A DNA stretch of 64,000 nucleotides. Origin: Vicugna vicugna (Eukaryota). Each line of letters begins with the position of its first letter. Within the stretch, counting starts at the first letter, position 1. Under the pieces are notes generated by a model that had not been told where the DNA came from, searched no databases, and saw only the letters and a list, made by a program, of their open reading frames with translations. Below, piece after piece: positions 13,841-27,490 of this stretch. Both the position numbers and the translations under genes were made by a program. The stretch spans positions 4,758,066-4,822,065 of the forward strand of contig MU058221.1 of NCBI GenBank assembly GCA_013265495.1. The letters run 5' to 3'.

Positions 13841-16800
13841 TGAGCCATCTTCTTTATTTTCATCTTGGATGTAGAAAACAGTTGTCTACCATCCTTCTAA
13901 ATTCTGTGCCTATAATTCATGTGCTAACATTACATACAGTATGTAAGGCAAGTAAGATAAGATAAGGTATATAAGGTAAGATGTAGTCCCTGCCTTCAAG
14001 GAATTTGTATATAATGGGGAAAGCAGTATCAAAATACAGGAGGTACTAAAAGGCTAACCTACTTAAAATTATAGGACAGTGAAAGCTATGAATATTCTCT
14101 TTTCTGACATTCTGTGAACCTAAGTGTTCAGATGAAGGCAAAGGGCCTGAGGAGAAGAGGTCTGAGCAAGTTTTGTGGACAAGGGACTTGCCTGGCTGGA
14201 GTAGAAGCAGATAGACATTCAAGACCAGTGGCGTGGGCAGAGATGAATCTGGAATAAGAAAGCCAAGACAAGAAAACCCAAGGGAGAAGTTGTGAACAGT
14301 GAAAAGAACAGTTTTGCTGGGAAAAAGGCCCATGAAAGACAGTCGTGATCAGGATCCACTGAGCATATATCAGAAGCAGGTGCACCCAGCTTACCTCTTT
14401 CCCGACTGGGCTTCTAAGCTGGTGTATCAGAGCATCGCCATAGACAGTGTCTTTCCTTCACTGGGGCGTATCAGAGACTGTCATTGTCCTCGTGGACAGG
14501 ATAGCTGTATTGATGATGACGTCAGAGGAATTCATCGCCAGCTGAGTAGCTCACAGAGTGTTGACTCATGGGTTAGTGGCAATCTAGAGTAAAGAGAGAA
14601 CTAAGGAGGTGATTCTGTATTTTTTTTCTGTTCTAAGATCTTGGTTTTTTTTAATTGACTGAGATTAACGCATAGGTAATATATTCCTCTGTTCTGTTAC
14701 TCAGTTTCTGCACATCAGCATTTTGTCATTTTTATATCAGTTTCCTGCCCCCTTCCTTTTGGGGGGTTTAAAACATTTTTAAAGCAAATCCCAGACCTGT
14801 GTATTATTTTACCCATAAATATTTCAGTATTTATCTCTAGTTGATACATGCGTGCCACAGTATCATTATCACACCTCACAAAATTAAAGGTAATTCTTTA
14901 GTACTATCTAATACCCAGTTCACATTCAGTTTTCCCAATTGTCTCAGAAATGTCTTTTTAAAGTTTGTTAAAATCAGGATCTGAACAAGATCCATATAAT
15001 TACATTTGGTTGTTATGTCCTTTAAAATCTCTATTAATAGCAGCCCTCCCTACCTTTGAAAATGCTATTTATTTGTTGAAGAAACTGAATCTTTTCTTTG
15101 ATAGTATTTTGTACATTCTGGTTTGCATTTTTATGATGCTATTTTAGCATATTCTTTCATTCCCCATATTTCTTTTAAGTGGTAATAGATTCTAGAGGGT
15201 TGATTCAGATGTTTGTTTCATAGAGTGTTTCATAGGTGCTGAGTATTTCATAATGCTTTTCATTATATCACATTGAGAAACCTATAATGACTGGTTGTCT
15301 CGGGGGTTCAAATTGTCATCTGTCCCTCCAGTGGCAGTTACTGATGTAAGCTACCTGGATCTGTTTCATAGTGATTGCAAGATGTTGGTTTTTCCATGTT
15401 TATTTTTCCTGTGTTTATTAGAGGAAATACAGAAGAGGTTAGATACTTGTACCTATATAAGACTCACTGTCAATGTGATAGCTGCAAATGCAGATCCATT
15501 ACAGACATGTTCTGTTGGGCAATCTACCTTAAACATTGTTGCCATCAGTGCTGTTTCTTTTGAACACCTCCTTGTGTCAAATTTTAAACAATTTATCCAA
15601 ACAATTATATGATGGGTGATTTCAGAGTGTGTTAAAATCTTACAAAAGATACTTAGTATCTGTGTGTAAAATTGAGTTAGCTTCTAAGTTCAAATAATTA
15701 TAAACAGGTTTTTCTGTTGGGACCTTTGAAAGCTATGTGAAAGTTGGAACAGATCTTCACTGTGTAGTGTTGTCCGTCACACTGAAGATTTCTAGAATCC
15801 CTGGCACTGACCTCCCAGATGCCAGGGTGACACTCAGATTTTCAATGGCCCCTCAGAAGTAGTGTCATGCTGTTTACGAAAGACTAGTGGAGTGAACATA
15901 TTATTTAGGCAGGAAATCAAATAACCACTATAAATAAACGTTTGAAAATAAAAACCATCTTTTTTCCCCTAATATTACTTCTTACCTAGAAAAACCTGAA
16001 ACTTTAAAAAAAATTATTAGGATTATTGGGATGATTTAGTAAGTGGCTTGGTGTATAATACCTGGAAGTGGGAACTGCTGGGTCACAGGGTAGCTGTGCA
16101 ACTTAGTTTTCATTTAAAAATTTTTGTTATACTCACTTTTTTTCCCTCACAGAATTTCTTGTTTCTTCCTGATTTTTACCCATCTTAAGGGTACTAAAGC
16201 CTTGCTTATGTCGTAGGGCTTTTTCCCCAGTTGTATTGGCCTTGTATATGATGTCTTGGCTCCCCCAAAGATTTTCACTTTTATTGTAGAGATAGCTCTG
16301 CCTTTTCTTTATGCCTTCTGGATTTCATCATGCCTACAAAGGCTACTTTTTTTGCCTTTTGCCATGTCCACAGTTCTTTTGTTTATTTGCTTTTAAGACA
16401 GAAAAGGTAAAAAGAAAAAAGAGAGTGACTTGAAGGCATACATATGCGGAGTAGGGAAGGTGAGAACACCTTCTTGGGAGAGAGGAGGAAGACATGGAAG
16501 TGGGGAACAGACCCCAGAGTAGGGCTGAGAGCCCGGGAGGAGGGGACCTTTGTGGAGCAAGCAGCCAAACGTGAGGGACCTTGTAGGAGAATTCTTGGCC
16601 ACCGATCTGTTCAGTTACTGGGGGCCACTTTAACAGTGACCTGCAAGCTTATTAATAACTTTGCCTTATAGTCAAATACATTTTTACAGCACCAGAAAAC
16701 ACATATAAAATGGAAACAGAAGTTTCATGAAGAAATACCCTATTTGCAGTGCACTCTAAAAGTTTTCAATTCTGTTCTGTTCTCAAGAAATTCTGATTAA

Positions 16801-17061
16801 GATCCACTGAATTAGTGATTCTCAACTCTGTCAGACCTAGTGTCTCAGTTTATTTCTACAACACTATTTTATGACTGTTGATTATCCTGAAGTAAAGTTA
16901 ATAGATAGGTCATCAACTACCTTCGATGTTACAGTGAAGTAGTTGAGTACCTGTATCTACTCACAGTAAATACCTTTGGATTTAAAAGAAATAGGATCGA
17001 AAGATAGATCTTATAAAAGCTACAGGAAGATAGAAGAGCTGAGACATATGTAGGTACTAGA

Positions 17062-19299
17062 ATAAAAGCTGTTACACCAGTAAAATGGACAACCTAGAAG
17101 AAATGGACAAATTCTTAGGAAGATACAGTCTCCCAGGACTGAACCAGGAAGAAGTAGGACATGTGAAGAGACCAGTTACCAGCACTGAAATTGAGTCAGC
17201 GATCAAAACACTCTCAACAAACAAAACTCCAGGACCAGGTGGCTTCACAGGTGGATTCTACCAAACATTTAGAGAAGATCCAACACCTGTCCTTCTGCGA
17301 TTACTCCCAAAAATTACAGGCCAATATCACTTATGAACATACATGCAAAAATCAACAAAATACTAGCAGACTGACTCCAGCAATACATTAGAAGGATCGT
17401 GTACCATGCTCAGGTGAGATTTATCCCAAGGATGCAAGGATTTTTCAGTATCCACAAATCAACCAATGTGATACACCACAGTAACAGATTGAAGAATGAA
17501 AACCATATGGTCATCTCAATCGATTTAGAAAAAGCCTTTGATAACATTCAACATCCATTTATGATAAAAACTCTCCATCAACTGGGCATAGAGAGGACAT
17601 ACCTCAACCTAATAAAGGCCACATATGACAAACCCACAGTTAAAATCATACTCATTGGTGAAAAGCTGAAAGCATTTCCTCTAAGATCAGCAACAAGACA
17701 AGGATGCCCACTCCTGCCACTTTCATTCAACACAGTTTTGGAAGTCCTAGCCACAGCAATCAGAGAATAAAAAGAAATAAAAAGACTCCAATAAAATCCA
17801 ATAAAAAGAAGAAGTAAAACTGTGTCTGTTTGCAGATGACATGATACTATAAACAGAAAATCGTAAAAACACTACCAGAAAACTGCAGGAGCTTATTAAT
17901 GAATTTGGTAAAGTTGCAGGATAAAAAATTAACATGTGGGAATCTGTAGCATATCTGTACCCTACAACAGAATATCAGAAAAAGAAATCCAGGAAGCGAT
18001 TCCATTTACCATTGGATCAAAAAGAAGAAAATACCTAGGAATAAACCTCCCCAAGGAGGCAGAAGATGTGTGCTCCTAAAACTATTAAGATGCTGATGAA
18101 AAAATTGAAGATGATATAGATGGAAAGATGTACCATGTTCTTAGATTAGAAGAATCAGTAGTGTTAAAATGGCCATACTACCCAAGGCAGTCTACAAATT
18201 CAGTGCAATCCCTATCAAATTACCAGTGGCATTTCCCACAGAACTGGAACAAAAAAATTTTTTTTAGGTTTCTGTGGAAGCACAGAAGACCCCAAATAGC
18301 AAAAACAATCTTGAAAAAGAAGAACCGACCTGGAGAAATCATGCCCCCTGACTTCAGGTTATACTACAAGGCTAAAATAATCAAAACAGTATGGTACCGG
18401 CACAAAGACAGACACAGAACATGAAATTAGAACATTCTCTAACACCATATACAAAAATAAACTCCATATGGTTTAAAGATCTAAATGTAAGCCCAAAAGA
18501 ATAAAAATAAAATAAAATAAAATAAATGTAAGCCCAGATACTCTAAAACTCCGAGAGGAAAAACATAGGCAGAACACTCTGACAAAAATCACGGCAATAA
18601 TTTTTTAAATCTGTCTCCTAAAGTAGTGGAAATAAAGGCAAAAATAAGCAAATGAGACCCAATTAAACTTAAAGGCTTTTGCACAGCTAGGGAAACCATA
18701 AATAAAACGAAAAGACAACCTATGGAATGGGAGAAAATATTTGCAAATGATGTGACCAACAAAGAATGCATTTCAAAAAATACGCAAAGAGCTCTTACAG
18801 CTTAATGTCCAAAAAAAAAAAAAAAAAACCCAATCAAAAATGGACAGAAGGGAGTAGGGTATAGCTCAAGTGGTAGAGTGCATGCTTAGCACTTCAATCC
18901 CCAGTACCTCCTCCAAGAATAAATAAATCTAATTACCGTCCCCCACCCCACCCCAAATAGAAGACCTAAATGGACATTGCTCCAGAGAAGACATACAGAT
19001 GGCCAACATGCACAGGAAAAGATGCTCAACATCACTAATCATTAGAGAAATGAAAATCGAAACTACAATGAGGTATCACCTCACACCAGTCAGAATGGTC
19101 ATCATCAAAAGTCTACAAATAATAAATGCTGGAGAGGCTGTGGAGAAAAGGGAACCCTCCTGCACTGCTGGTGGCAATGTAAATTGGTGCTGCCGCAATG
19201 GAAAATAGTATGGAGAGGCCTTAAAAAAAATTAAAAGTAGAGTTCCTATATAATCTAGCCATTCCACTCCTGGGCATATATCCAGAGAAAATGCTAATT
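17062..19299 (+). mobile_element. 5'-truncated, decayed LINE-1 (ORF2 reverse transcriptase to 3' region)
   Basis: ORF fragments MDNLEEMDKFL..., ...[24 protein letters not shown]...RQGCPL..., [18 protein letters not shown]; many stops, frameshifts and internal deletions. Confidence 0.95.
18851..18955 (+). mobile_element. Vic-1-like SINE nested in L1
   Basis: gggtatagctcaagtggtagagtgcatgcttagca...ttcaatccccagtacctcc, internally deleted; L1 sequence resumes at agaagacctaaat. Confidence 0.85.
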
Positions 19300-19600
19300 A
19301 TAAATAAGTTCATTTGTATATATTTTTTAGATTCCACATATTAAATGATATCACATGGTATCTGTCTTTCTCTGTGTGACTTACTTCACTTAGTATGATA
19401 ATCTCTAGGTTCATCCACGTTGCTGCAGATGGCATTATTTCATTCTTTTTTATGCTGGAGTGATATCCCATTGTGCGTATATATCACAACTTGTTTATCC
19501 AGTCATCTGCCAATGGACATGTAGGTTGCTTCCACGTCCTGGCTATTGCAAATAGTGTTGCTATTAACACTGGGGTGCATGTATCTTTTCAAATTAGCAT
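19300..19600 (-). mobile_element. Inverted continuation of the same L1 (ORF2 end/3' UTR)
   Basis: Reverse complement starts atgctaatttgaaaagatacatgcacccc, continuing the + segment that ends ccagagaaaatgctaatt. Confidence 0.88.
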
Positions 19601-20546
19601 AGACCCCCAGTCATTGCAATGACCGAAAAATAATCTCCATCGATCCCCTTAGAATGGCACTCCTAGCTGAGAGCTACTGTGACTAACCTGATTATACTGA
19701 GCCATGAGCTGTAGTTTGAGAAACACTTTGGGGTCCTCCTTAAGACTAGTAGAAGAATCGCTTGCAACATTATTGCAAATATAAGATTGTTACTTCCCTA
19801 GTGTGGAGGGACCTTTCAGTTAGCTTCATTCTTTACATTCTGGTATTACAGACTCAGAAAAGATGTAGCAAGTACGTAACTGTATGAGGACGCTAAGGAA
19901 AATGTTAGCATAGGGTGAAGGCCTTGAGTCAGTCTTACTTACATGCTGGCTGAGGGTGTTGCCTAAGCTAGAACTCCTGCAGAATGAGACCAGATGAATT
20001 TTTTGGAGGAGGACTGATAGGCAGAGGGTCGATCTTACCTTAGGAAGGAGCCAGTATGATTCATAAGATCATTAAACTTATCTTTCATTTTACTGGTCAT
20101 GCCTGAAGCTTCTGCTCCAAGATTTTCCTGGGCCTTTCTTGAATTAGGCCTTTGCATGAATGGCACTGACAATTTTGGAGGGCTTTAGACACACTTCATT
20201 TTTATTACCAGGGATGTGTTTGAACGATACTTCCTTTTCAGTAATGCCTATTCATATATCATTTCCCATTTTTCTTGTTTTGTTTTTCCTGTTGGTCTTT
20301 TTCTTAATCTTTAAGAACCTATTGTTTGTTGTATATGTTGCAAGTATTCCTCTCCATTTGTTGTCGTTTGACTTTTTTGTGTATCTTGCCAATATTGAAG
20401 TTTTATACTTGCCTATTATTAAATTTACATTGTGCTTCTTGCCCTATTTATGGTTTCAAGTTCCCTGTGTTGCTTAGAAAGTTCTCACACTCTAAGAGGT
20501 AATAAAAGTATCCTCTTATAGTTTCTCTTAAGAAGTTTATAGCTTT

Positions 20547-20696
20547 TTTAAAAACTTTAAAAATTAAAAAAAGAATTTTGAGTGGGGAGAGGGAATTAGG
20601 TTTATTTATTTATTTTTAATGGAAGTACTAAGAATTACACCCAGGACCTCATGTGTGCTGAGCCTGCACTCTGCCACTGAGCTATACCCACCCCCC
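20547..20696 (-). mobile_element. Vic-1-like SINE
   Basis: Reverse complement ggggggtgggtatagctcagtggcagagtgcaggctcagc...gaggtcctggg; 17-bp TSD aagaagtttatagcttt at 20530-20546 and 20697-20713. Confidence 0.9.
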
Positions 20697-21453
20697 AAGA
20701 AGTTTATAGCTTTAAAAAAAAAAATTAAACGTATTTGACATTTTTAAGATATATATCAGTCAGTCCTATCCTTTGAGAATGGAATTTTTATGTATGTGTG
20801 AGAAATGTGTCATGCATTCCAAACAGTGTGCAAGATGTCTATGTTAAGTAAAAAGATAATAAAACAGAGGACCTTGTATCCATCTATATTAAAATATAGA
20901 CCACCTCACAGACATGTCCATAACCACTGCCTGGACCTTTTTCTGGATCATCCTCTTGCCTTTCTCTATAGTTCTCCACCTTACAAGTCTCTTCCCATCT
21001 AAGCAGCACATTGTTCAGCTATGAAGCCTCGGGTAGCAAGCTCAAAGCTCTGTGTGTGAGGAAAGGACGGTTTGTACTTTTGGATGCAAGCTCCTAGGAG
21101 AGGAGAAGCTGAACAAAGTCAGCTCTCAGCCTCCCTGGGAGTTCCCAGGGGTCCTTTGGAGAAGTCATGGGGAACCTTGAAAGGTCAGGGCTGCCACAGA
21201 GTGGAGATTTGGCTGGGCCTTCGAGTGGACCAGGGTGAATGTCCAGCAGAGATGTGGTCAGATCACTGTACCCTCCCCACCTCCCAGGAGCAGGTCAGAG
21301 CAGAACACTTGTGAGGTGAAATGAGGGTCCTCAGCTGAACCTCCGTCCTGGAGGGGAGAGCAGGAATTGTATCAGCCAAGTCCAGACAAGCAGCTGATCC
21401 TGGGTCAGACTCCCCAGGCATCACTGTGTCCTCGGGTCAGAAAAAGTATGTAA

Positions 21454-21494
21454 GTGTGTGTGTGTGTGTGTGCGTGTGTGTGTGTGTGTGTGTG
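21454..21494. repeat. (TG)n microsatellite
   Basis: About 20 GT units with one GC interruption. Confidence 0.95.
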
Positions 21495-22050
21495 GTTGAT
21501 TCCTGTTATTCTTGGTAGTTGTGTTCTATAAAGTTGCCGTGAACACTGAATTAGCAAACACTGAACCAGTGATACTAGGGGACATACAGGGCTAGGTTCG
21601 TGCGAGCCTCTGGTCACACTTTCATCAACAGATCAGTACGTAACCTTGTTTTCTGTGTGTTTCTATTGAAAGACACCTTATTTAATATACCCGTTGGCTC
21701 GTAAGCGTAGAACTCACAGCCAACAGCGCTGGAGCTCACGCCTGAACAGAGTTTGTCCAACACATGCTTTCTCCATAAGACACATCACAGCCTTGTGGTG
21801 CATGTGAACACCAGACGGCACTTCAGCACTACACTTAGGGCCTTTTTTAAAGAGTGAAATCACCTACGAACAGTACAAAAAGCTGAAAAACATGACAGTC
21901 CATAGACCCTGAAAAGGATGCTTGTTTATAAGATGAACTGAAACAAGAAGGCAGAGGGGCCACTTGTCTTAGTCCAGCTGGAATGTACACAGCGGGCGCC
22001 TCAGATGTGCGTGAGTGACCGTGAAAAAGCTCTGCAAGTGTTGCTGTGTT
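21495..22050. mobile_element. MER82-like TcMar-Tigger DNA transposon
   Basis: gttgattcctgttattc...ttctataaagttgccgtgaacactgaattagc...ggttcgtgcgagcctctggtcac...gaaacaagaaggcagag; resembles the MER82 consensus as recalled. Confidence 0.7.
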
Positions 22051-22193
22051 TGCATGTTGATATATATACACACACGAAACAGGGAAATCATGCCAGGATG
22101 TTAGCAATCAGGATCGTAACTCGGGTAGTGACTAGAAGGGGCATGAGGGAGACTTTCAGAGTTCTGTTAAGGTTCTGTTGCTTGATCTGGGTG

Positions 22194-22357
22194 AGTTTTT
22201 GTTTGCTTGTTTGTTTTTTCATTTTTTAAAAACTGAAGTATAGTCAACTTACAGTGTTGTGTAAAGGTGGTTTTTTAGTGCAGGTGCTGGGGGTTGAACC
22301 CAGGACTTCACGCATGCCAAGCATGCGCTCTCCCACTGAGCTCTTCCCGCCCCCCAC
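22194..22357 (-). mobile_element. Vic-1-like SINE head joined to an L1-like 3' tail
   Basis: tRNA-like part 22280-22355, then an L1-3'-end-like segment aactgaagtatagtcaacttacagtgttgtgtaa and a T-rich tail; TSD atctgggtg at 22185-22193 and 22358-22366. Confidence 0.75.
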
Positions 22358-22389
22358 ATCTGGGTGTTTATGATTTGTGCACTTTTCTC

Positions 22390-22535
22390 TTTTTTTGTTT
22401 TGTTTTCTTTCTGTGTGTGTGTGATTTCTTTCTTTCTTTCTTTCTTTTTTTAATAATCTTTTAAAATTGAAGTACAGTCAGTTACGATGTATCTCTCTCT
22501 GGTGTCCAGCCCAGTATCCCCGTCATGCATGCACA
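22390..22535 (-). mobile_element. Very short L1 3'-end insertion
   Basis: T-rich tail, then attgaagtacagtcagttacgatgt...ctggtgtccagc; degenerate TSD tgatttgtgcacttttct / tggtttgtgtatttttct. Confidence 0.6.
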
Positions 22536-23254
22536 TGGTTTGTGTATTTTTCTAAATGATGTTACACTTCAGTAAACAGCGTAATGCAGACAGTACCGTG
22601 GCCTCAGGGTCTGGGTCATGACCACTCGGTGTGTATGGATGGCTCTTGAGTGTCACTGCTGCAGGGTGGACTGGATGTCCTTGGTTACTGCACAGGGGTC
22701 GTCTTGGGGATTCTCACTTCACCATCTTCCTGGTGACTTTAGCTGCTTCTCTTAGGTTGGATCTCCTGTTTCCTAGAGTCCACCTCCACATTATTTCCTC
22801 CCCTCACTCTTCTGTAGGTTCTGGAGAAAGGGTGCACTGGGACCAACTTTTTAAAGAACTGAACACATCTGAAAACATCGTCAATACTCTCCTCATACTT
22901 GACTGATAACTTTCCAAAGTGTACGGTTCTAACTGGGAAATTGTCTCCCTCAGAATTCTGATGATTTTAGTGCATTACCTTTTCGAGTCCTGTGTTCCTG
23001 TTGAGCACATCAGAGTCTTGATCTTTGTGTGTGACCTCTATCCCCCTTCCCCTGTTCGCCCCCCTGGAAGCTAGTAGAATCTCCTTTGTGCCTGCTCTTT
23101 TCGAGCTGTGCTCAGGGGCTCTGTTTTTATCCATTGTGTTGGGTGCTCTCTGGGTCCTTTCAGTCTGGCAGTTCATACCCTCTTTTCTGGGAGGTTTTCT
23201 TGAATTACTCCTGTTGATTATTTTCTCCCCTCTGTTTTCTGACTTTCAGGGTTT

Positions 23255-26200
23255 TTTATTTTAAGAGCTCTTAGGGTTTACTCTCTTCGACAACTTCCGT
23301 GTGTAATACACACAGGTGTCAATTGTGTTTCTCAGATTGTGCATTTCATCCCTGGTACTTACGTATCTTGTAACTGGAAGATGTAATATTTGTCTTACGT
23401 GTCTTATAACTGGAAGATATTTCAACTGCCTTCATTCAGTCCGCTTCCTCACCCAGCTCCTTCCTCTGGTGACCACAAATCCAATCTCCTTTTTCTGTGA
23501 ATTTGTTCATTTGTTTTTGAAGTATAATTGACCTACAACACTTCGTTAGTTTCTGTTGCACAGCATAGTGACTCAATATTTCTGTGCATTTCAAAATGAT
23601 CACCACAAGTCTAGTTACTACCTGTTGCCGTACAAAGATACTACATAGTAATTGACTGTATTCCCCATACTGTACATTTCGTAGCCGTGACTCACTTATT
23701 TTGCAACTGGAAGTTGTGTCTCTTAATCTCCCTCACCTTTTCTCCCCTCACTCCTTTCTTTCTGGCAACCACCTGTTTGTTCTCTGTGTCTATAACTATG
23801 TTCAATTGTTTTGTTTTTTTAGATTACACATAAAAGTGAAATAATACAGTGTTTGTCTTTCCGTCTGACTTATTTCACTTAGCATAATACCTTCTAGGTC
23901 CATCCTTGTTGCAGTTGGCAAGATCTCATTCTTTTTCGTGGCTGGGGAGTCATCCGTTGTGTATTTGTACACGTCACGTCTTCTTCGCCAGTTCATTCAT
24001 CGATGAGCACTTAGCTTGCTTCTGTACCCAGGCTACTGTGAATAACGCCGTAGTGAACGTAGAGGTACATGCGTCTTTCCTAATTAGTGTTTTCATTTTC
24101 TTCATACAAATACTCGGGAGTGGAATTGCTGGATCATACGGTAGTTCTATTTTTAATTTTTTGAGGGATTTCGACTGTTTTCCATAGTGACTGCACCAGT
24201 TTACATTCCCACCAACAGGGTCTGAGGGTTCCCTTTTCTCCTCCGCACCCTCGCCAGCTCTTACTTGTTGTCTTTTTGGTAATAGCCATGCTGACAAATG
24301 TGAGGGGATATCTCTTTGTGGTTTTGATTTGCATCTCCCTGATGATTAGTGATGTTGAGCATTTTTTTCATGTACCTGTTGGCTGTCTATATATCTTCTT
24401 TGGGAAAATGTCTCTTCCAGTTTTAATGAGGTTTTTTTTGTTTTGTTTTTTTTTTTGATGAGTTTTGTGAGTCTTTTGTGTTTTGGATATTAACCCTTTA
24501 TTGGATTATCTTTTGCAGATATGCTCTCCTAGTCAGTAGGCAGCTTTTCCACTTTATTGATAGTTTCCTTCGTTGTGCAAAAGCTTTTTAGTTTGATGTA
24601 GTCTCATTTGTTTATTTTTTCATTTATCTCGATTGCCTGAGGAGACATATCTAAAGAAATGTTATTAGAACTAAAGTCAAAGAGCTTACTGCCTATGTTT
24701 TCTTTTAGAAGTCTTACTGTTTTAGATCTTAGATTTATGTCTTCAATTCATGTTTGAATTTATTTTTGTGTGTGGTGTGAGAGAGTGCTCAGTTTGATCC
24801 TTTTGCATGTAGCTGTCCGGTTTTCCCAACATTTACTGAAGAGGGTGTCTTTTCTCCACTGAATATTCTTACCTCCTTTGTCATAGATTAATTGCCCATG
24901 TAAGTACGGGTTCATTTCTAGGCTCCATGTTCTATTCCATTGATCTTTGGGTCTGTTTTTGTGCCAGTATCATACTGTTTTGATTACTGTAGCTTTGTAG
25001 CATAGTCTGAAGCCAGGGAGCGTGATTCCTCCAGCTTTGTTCTTCTTTCTCCAGATTGTCTTGACCATTCAGGGTCGTGTGTTTCAATACAAATTTTAGA
25101 ATTATTTTTGATCTGGTTCTATGACAAATGCCAATGGTATTTTGATAAGGACTGCACTGAATCTGTAGACTGTGTTGGGTAGTATGACCATTTTAACAAT
25201 ATTAACTCCATGTCCAATCCATGAACATGATACATCTTTCTATCTGTTTGTGGTGTCTTGAAATTCTTTCATCACTGTCTTACAGTCTCCTGAGTACAAG
25301 TTACCTCCTTAGACTGACTCTTAGGTATTTTGTTCTTTTTTGATGTGATTGTATGTGGGATTGTTTTCTTAATTTCTCTTTCTGATAGTTGTTAACGTAT
25401 AGAAATGCAGATTTCTCTATATTAATTTTGTATCCTGCAACTTTTCCAAATTCACTGATGAGTTCTGGTAGTTTTTTTGGTGGTGTCTTTAAGATTTTCT
25501 ATGTATAGTATCATATCATCTGCAAACAGTGAATTTTACTTCTTTCTTTCCAGTTGAGAATCCTGTTACTTCTTTTTCTTCTCTGATTGCTGTGGCTAGG
25601 CTTCCGATGCTGTATTGAATAAAGGCAGTGCGAGTGGGCATCCTTGTCTTGTTTGTGATCTTAGAGGAAATGCCTTCAACTTTTTACCATCGAATATGCT
25701 GCTAGCTGTGGGCTTGTCATATGTGGCCTTTTTAATGTTGGTATATGTTCCTTCTATACCCATTTTGTTGAGAGTTTTTATCATAAATGGAGGTTGAATT
25801 TTGTCAAAAGCTTTTGCTGTGTCTGTTGAGATTATCATACAGTTTTTATTCTTCGGTTTGTTAATGTGTATCACATTGCTTGATTTGTGGATGTCGAACC
25901 ATCCTTGTATCCCTGGGATAAGTTCCTTTTGATCACAGCATACAAGTATATGATCCTTGTGTTGATGCTGTTGATGTGTTGTTGGATATAACTTGCTAAT
26001 GTTTTGTTGCGGATTTTTGCTTTTATGTCATCGATGATATTGGTCTCTAATTCTCTCTTTTTTTGTGACATCTTTGTGTTATTTTGGTGTCAGGATGATG
26101 CTGGGCTTGTAGAATGACTTCAGAATTGTTGCTTCCTCTACAGTTTTTTGGAATAGTTTGAGAAGGACAGATGTTAATGTTTGGTAGAATTCATCTTTGA

Positions 26201-26660
26201 AACTAACTGTCTGGTCCTGGACTTTTTTTATGTTGAGAGTTTTTTGATTACTGATTCAGTTTCATTACTGGTAATTAATCTGTTCGTATTTTCTATTCTT
26301 CCTGATTCAATCTTTGCAGACTGTGCATTTCTAGGAACTTGTCCATTTATTCCAGGTTGTCAATTTTGTTGGCATATTATTGTAGTAATCTCTTATGATC
26401 TTTTATATTTCTGGTGTCAGTTGTAACTTCTCCTTTTTCATTTCTGATTTTATTGATTTTGGCCCTCTCCCTTTTTCCTTGATGAGGAAACCTTTAGCCA
26501 GCTTTTGTTTATCTTTTCAAAGAATTAGCTCTTAGTTTCATTGATCTTTTTTTCTTTAAGTCTCTATTTCATTTATTTCTGCTCTGATCTTTATGATATC
26601 TTTTCTTCTACTAACTTCGGGTTTTGTTTGTTCTTTTTCTAGTTCCTTTAAGTGTAAGAT
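23255..26660 (-). mobile_element. Decayed 5'-truncated LINE-1 (~3.4 kb, ORF2 plus 3' UTR)
   Basis: Minus-strand ORF fragments [23 protein letters not shown]...[34 protein letters not shown]. Confidence 0.95.
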
Positions 26661-27344
26661 CACTTTCAGAATATTGAAACTTCTAGACTTGTGTTCCAAT
26701 TTTCTTTTCTTTAATGCTATATTCTCTCTTTCCCTCCTCTACCTCCTTCTTCTGGAGTTGAGATTTAACTCCAACTTTTCTCTTTTCAATAAAATGTGCA
26801 CTTTACTCTGTTGTCTTGAGTGCCTTGATGTGCCTTAATGTGCCTTGAGTTCCCTAGGTCAGAGGTCCTCTGTTTTACCCTCTAATGAATACACTTCTTC
26901 TTTCCGCTTGAAGTACTGTATAATGTCAGAGAGACAACTTACAAATTTAACTTCTTCTCAGAGAGCTTTTACATATTGATCTTTCAACAGTTCTTCACCC
27001 TAACCCAGGTTCCAGCAATACCCAGAGCTGCCAGTCCTAGAAGTTTGGTTGAATCTGTATTGTAAATTGGGTGGTTTCTTTGCTTTCCCCTTTACCCATC
27101 CTAGGATTCAGCTTCCTCCAACCTCATGACTCAATTACCATTCATCTGCTTTATAGCCTCCAAAATTTTGTTGCTCTTGTTTACTCTTTTCTCCCTATCC
27201 TTACAACATTGTCTTTTTTTAAGTTCCAATTCTAAGTTTTAAGATTTTCAGGAAGAAAAAAAACCAAAATTAGATCTTCCCTTATTGTCTGTTCTAGACC
27301 TTATCTTCACAGAATTATGGTTCAGTCTCAAATGCCTTTGTCCA

Positions 27345-27490
27345 GTGCATTGTTGTCCAGCACAACAGCCACTAGCCTTGTGAGCCCTTGAAATGTGGAT
27401 AATGTGGGACTGAATTTTTAATTTTATTTGATTTTAATAAATTATGTTTAAGTAATATGTGGCTGGTGCGTACTGGACAGTGCATGTCCA
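27345..27490. mobile_element. MER3/MER33-like hAT-Charlie relic
   Basis: ttgtccagcacaacagccactagcc...cttgaaatgtgg...gactgaattttaattttattt...tgtggctggtg...ctggacagtgca with inverted ends. Confidence 0.6.

Noticed and set aside
17085..19208. Reverse-transcriptase-like ORFs (also 23800-26070 on the minus strand)
   Set aside because: Fragmented L1 ORF2 with stops, frameshifts and deletions; not a functional gene or a novel RT system.
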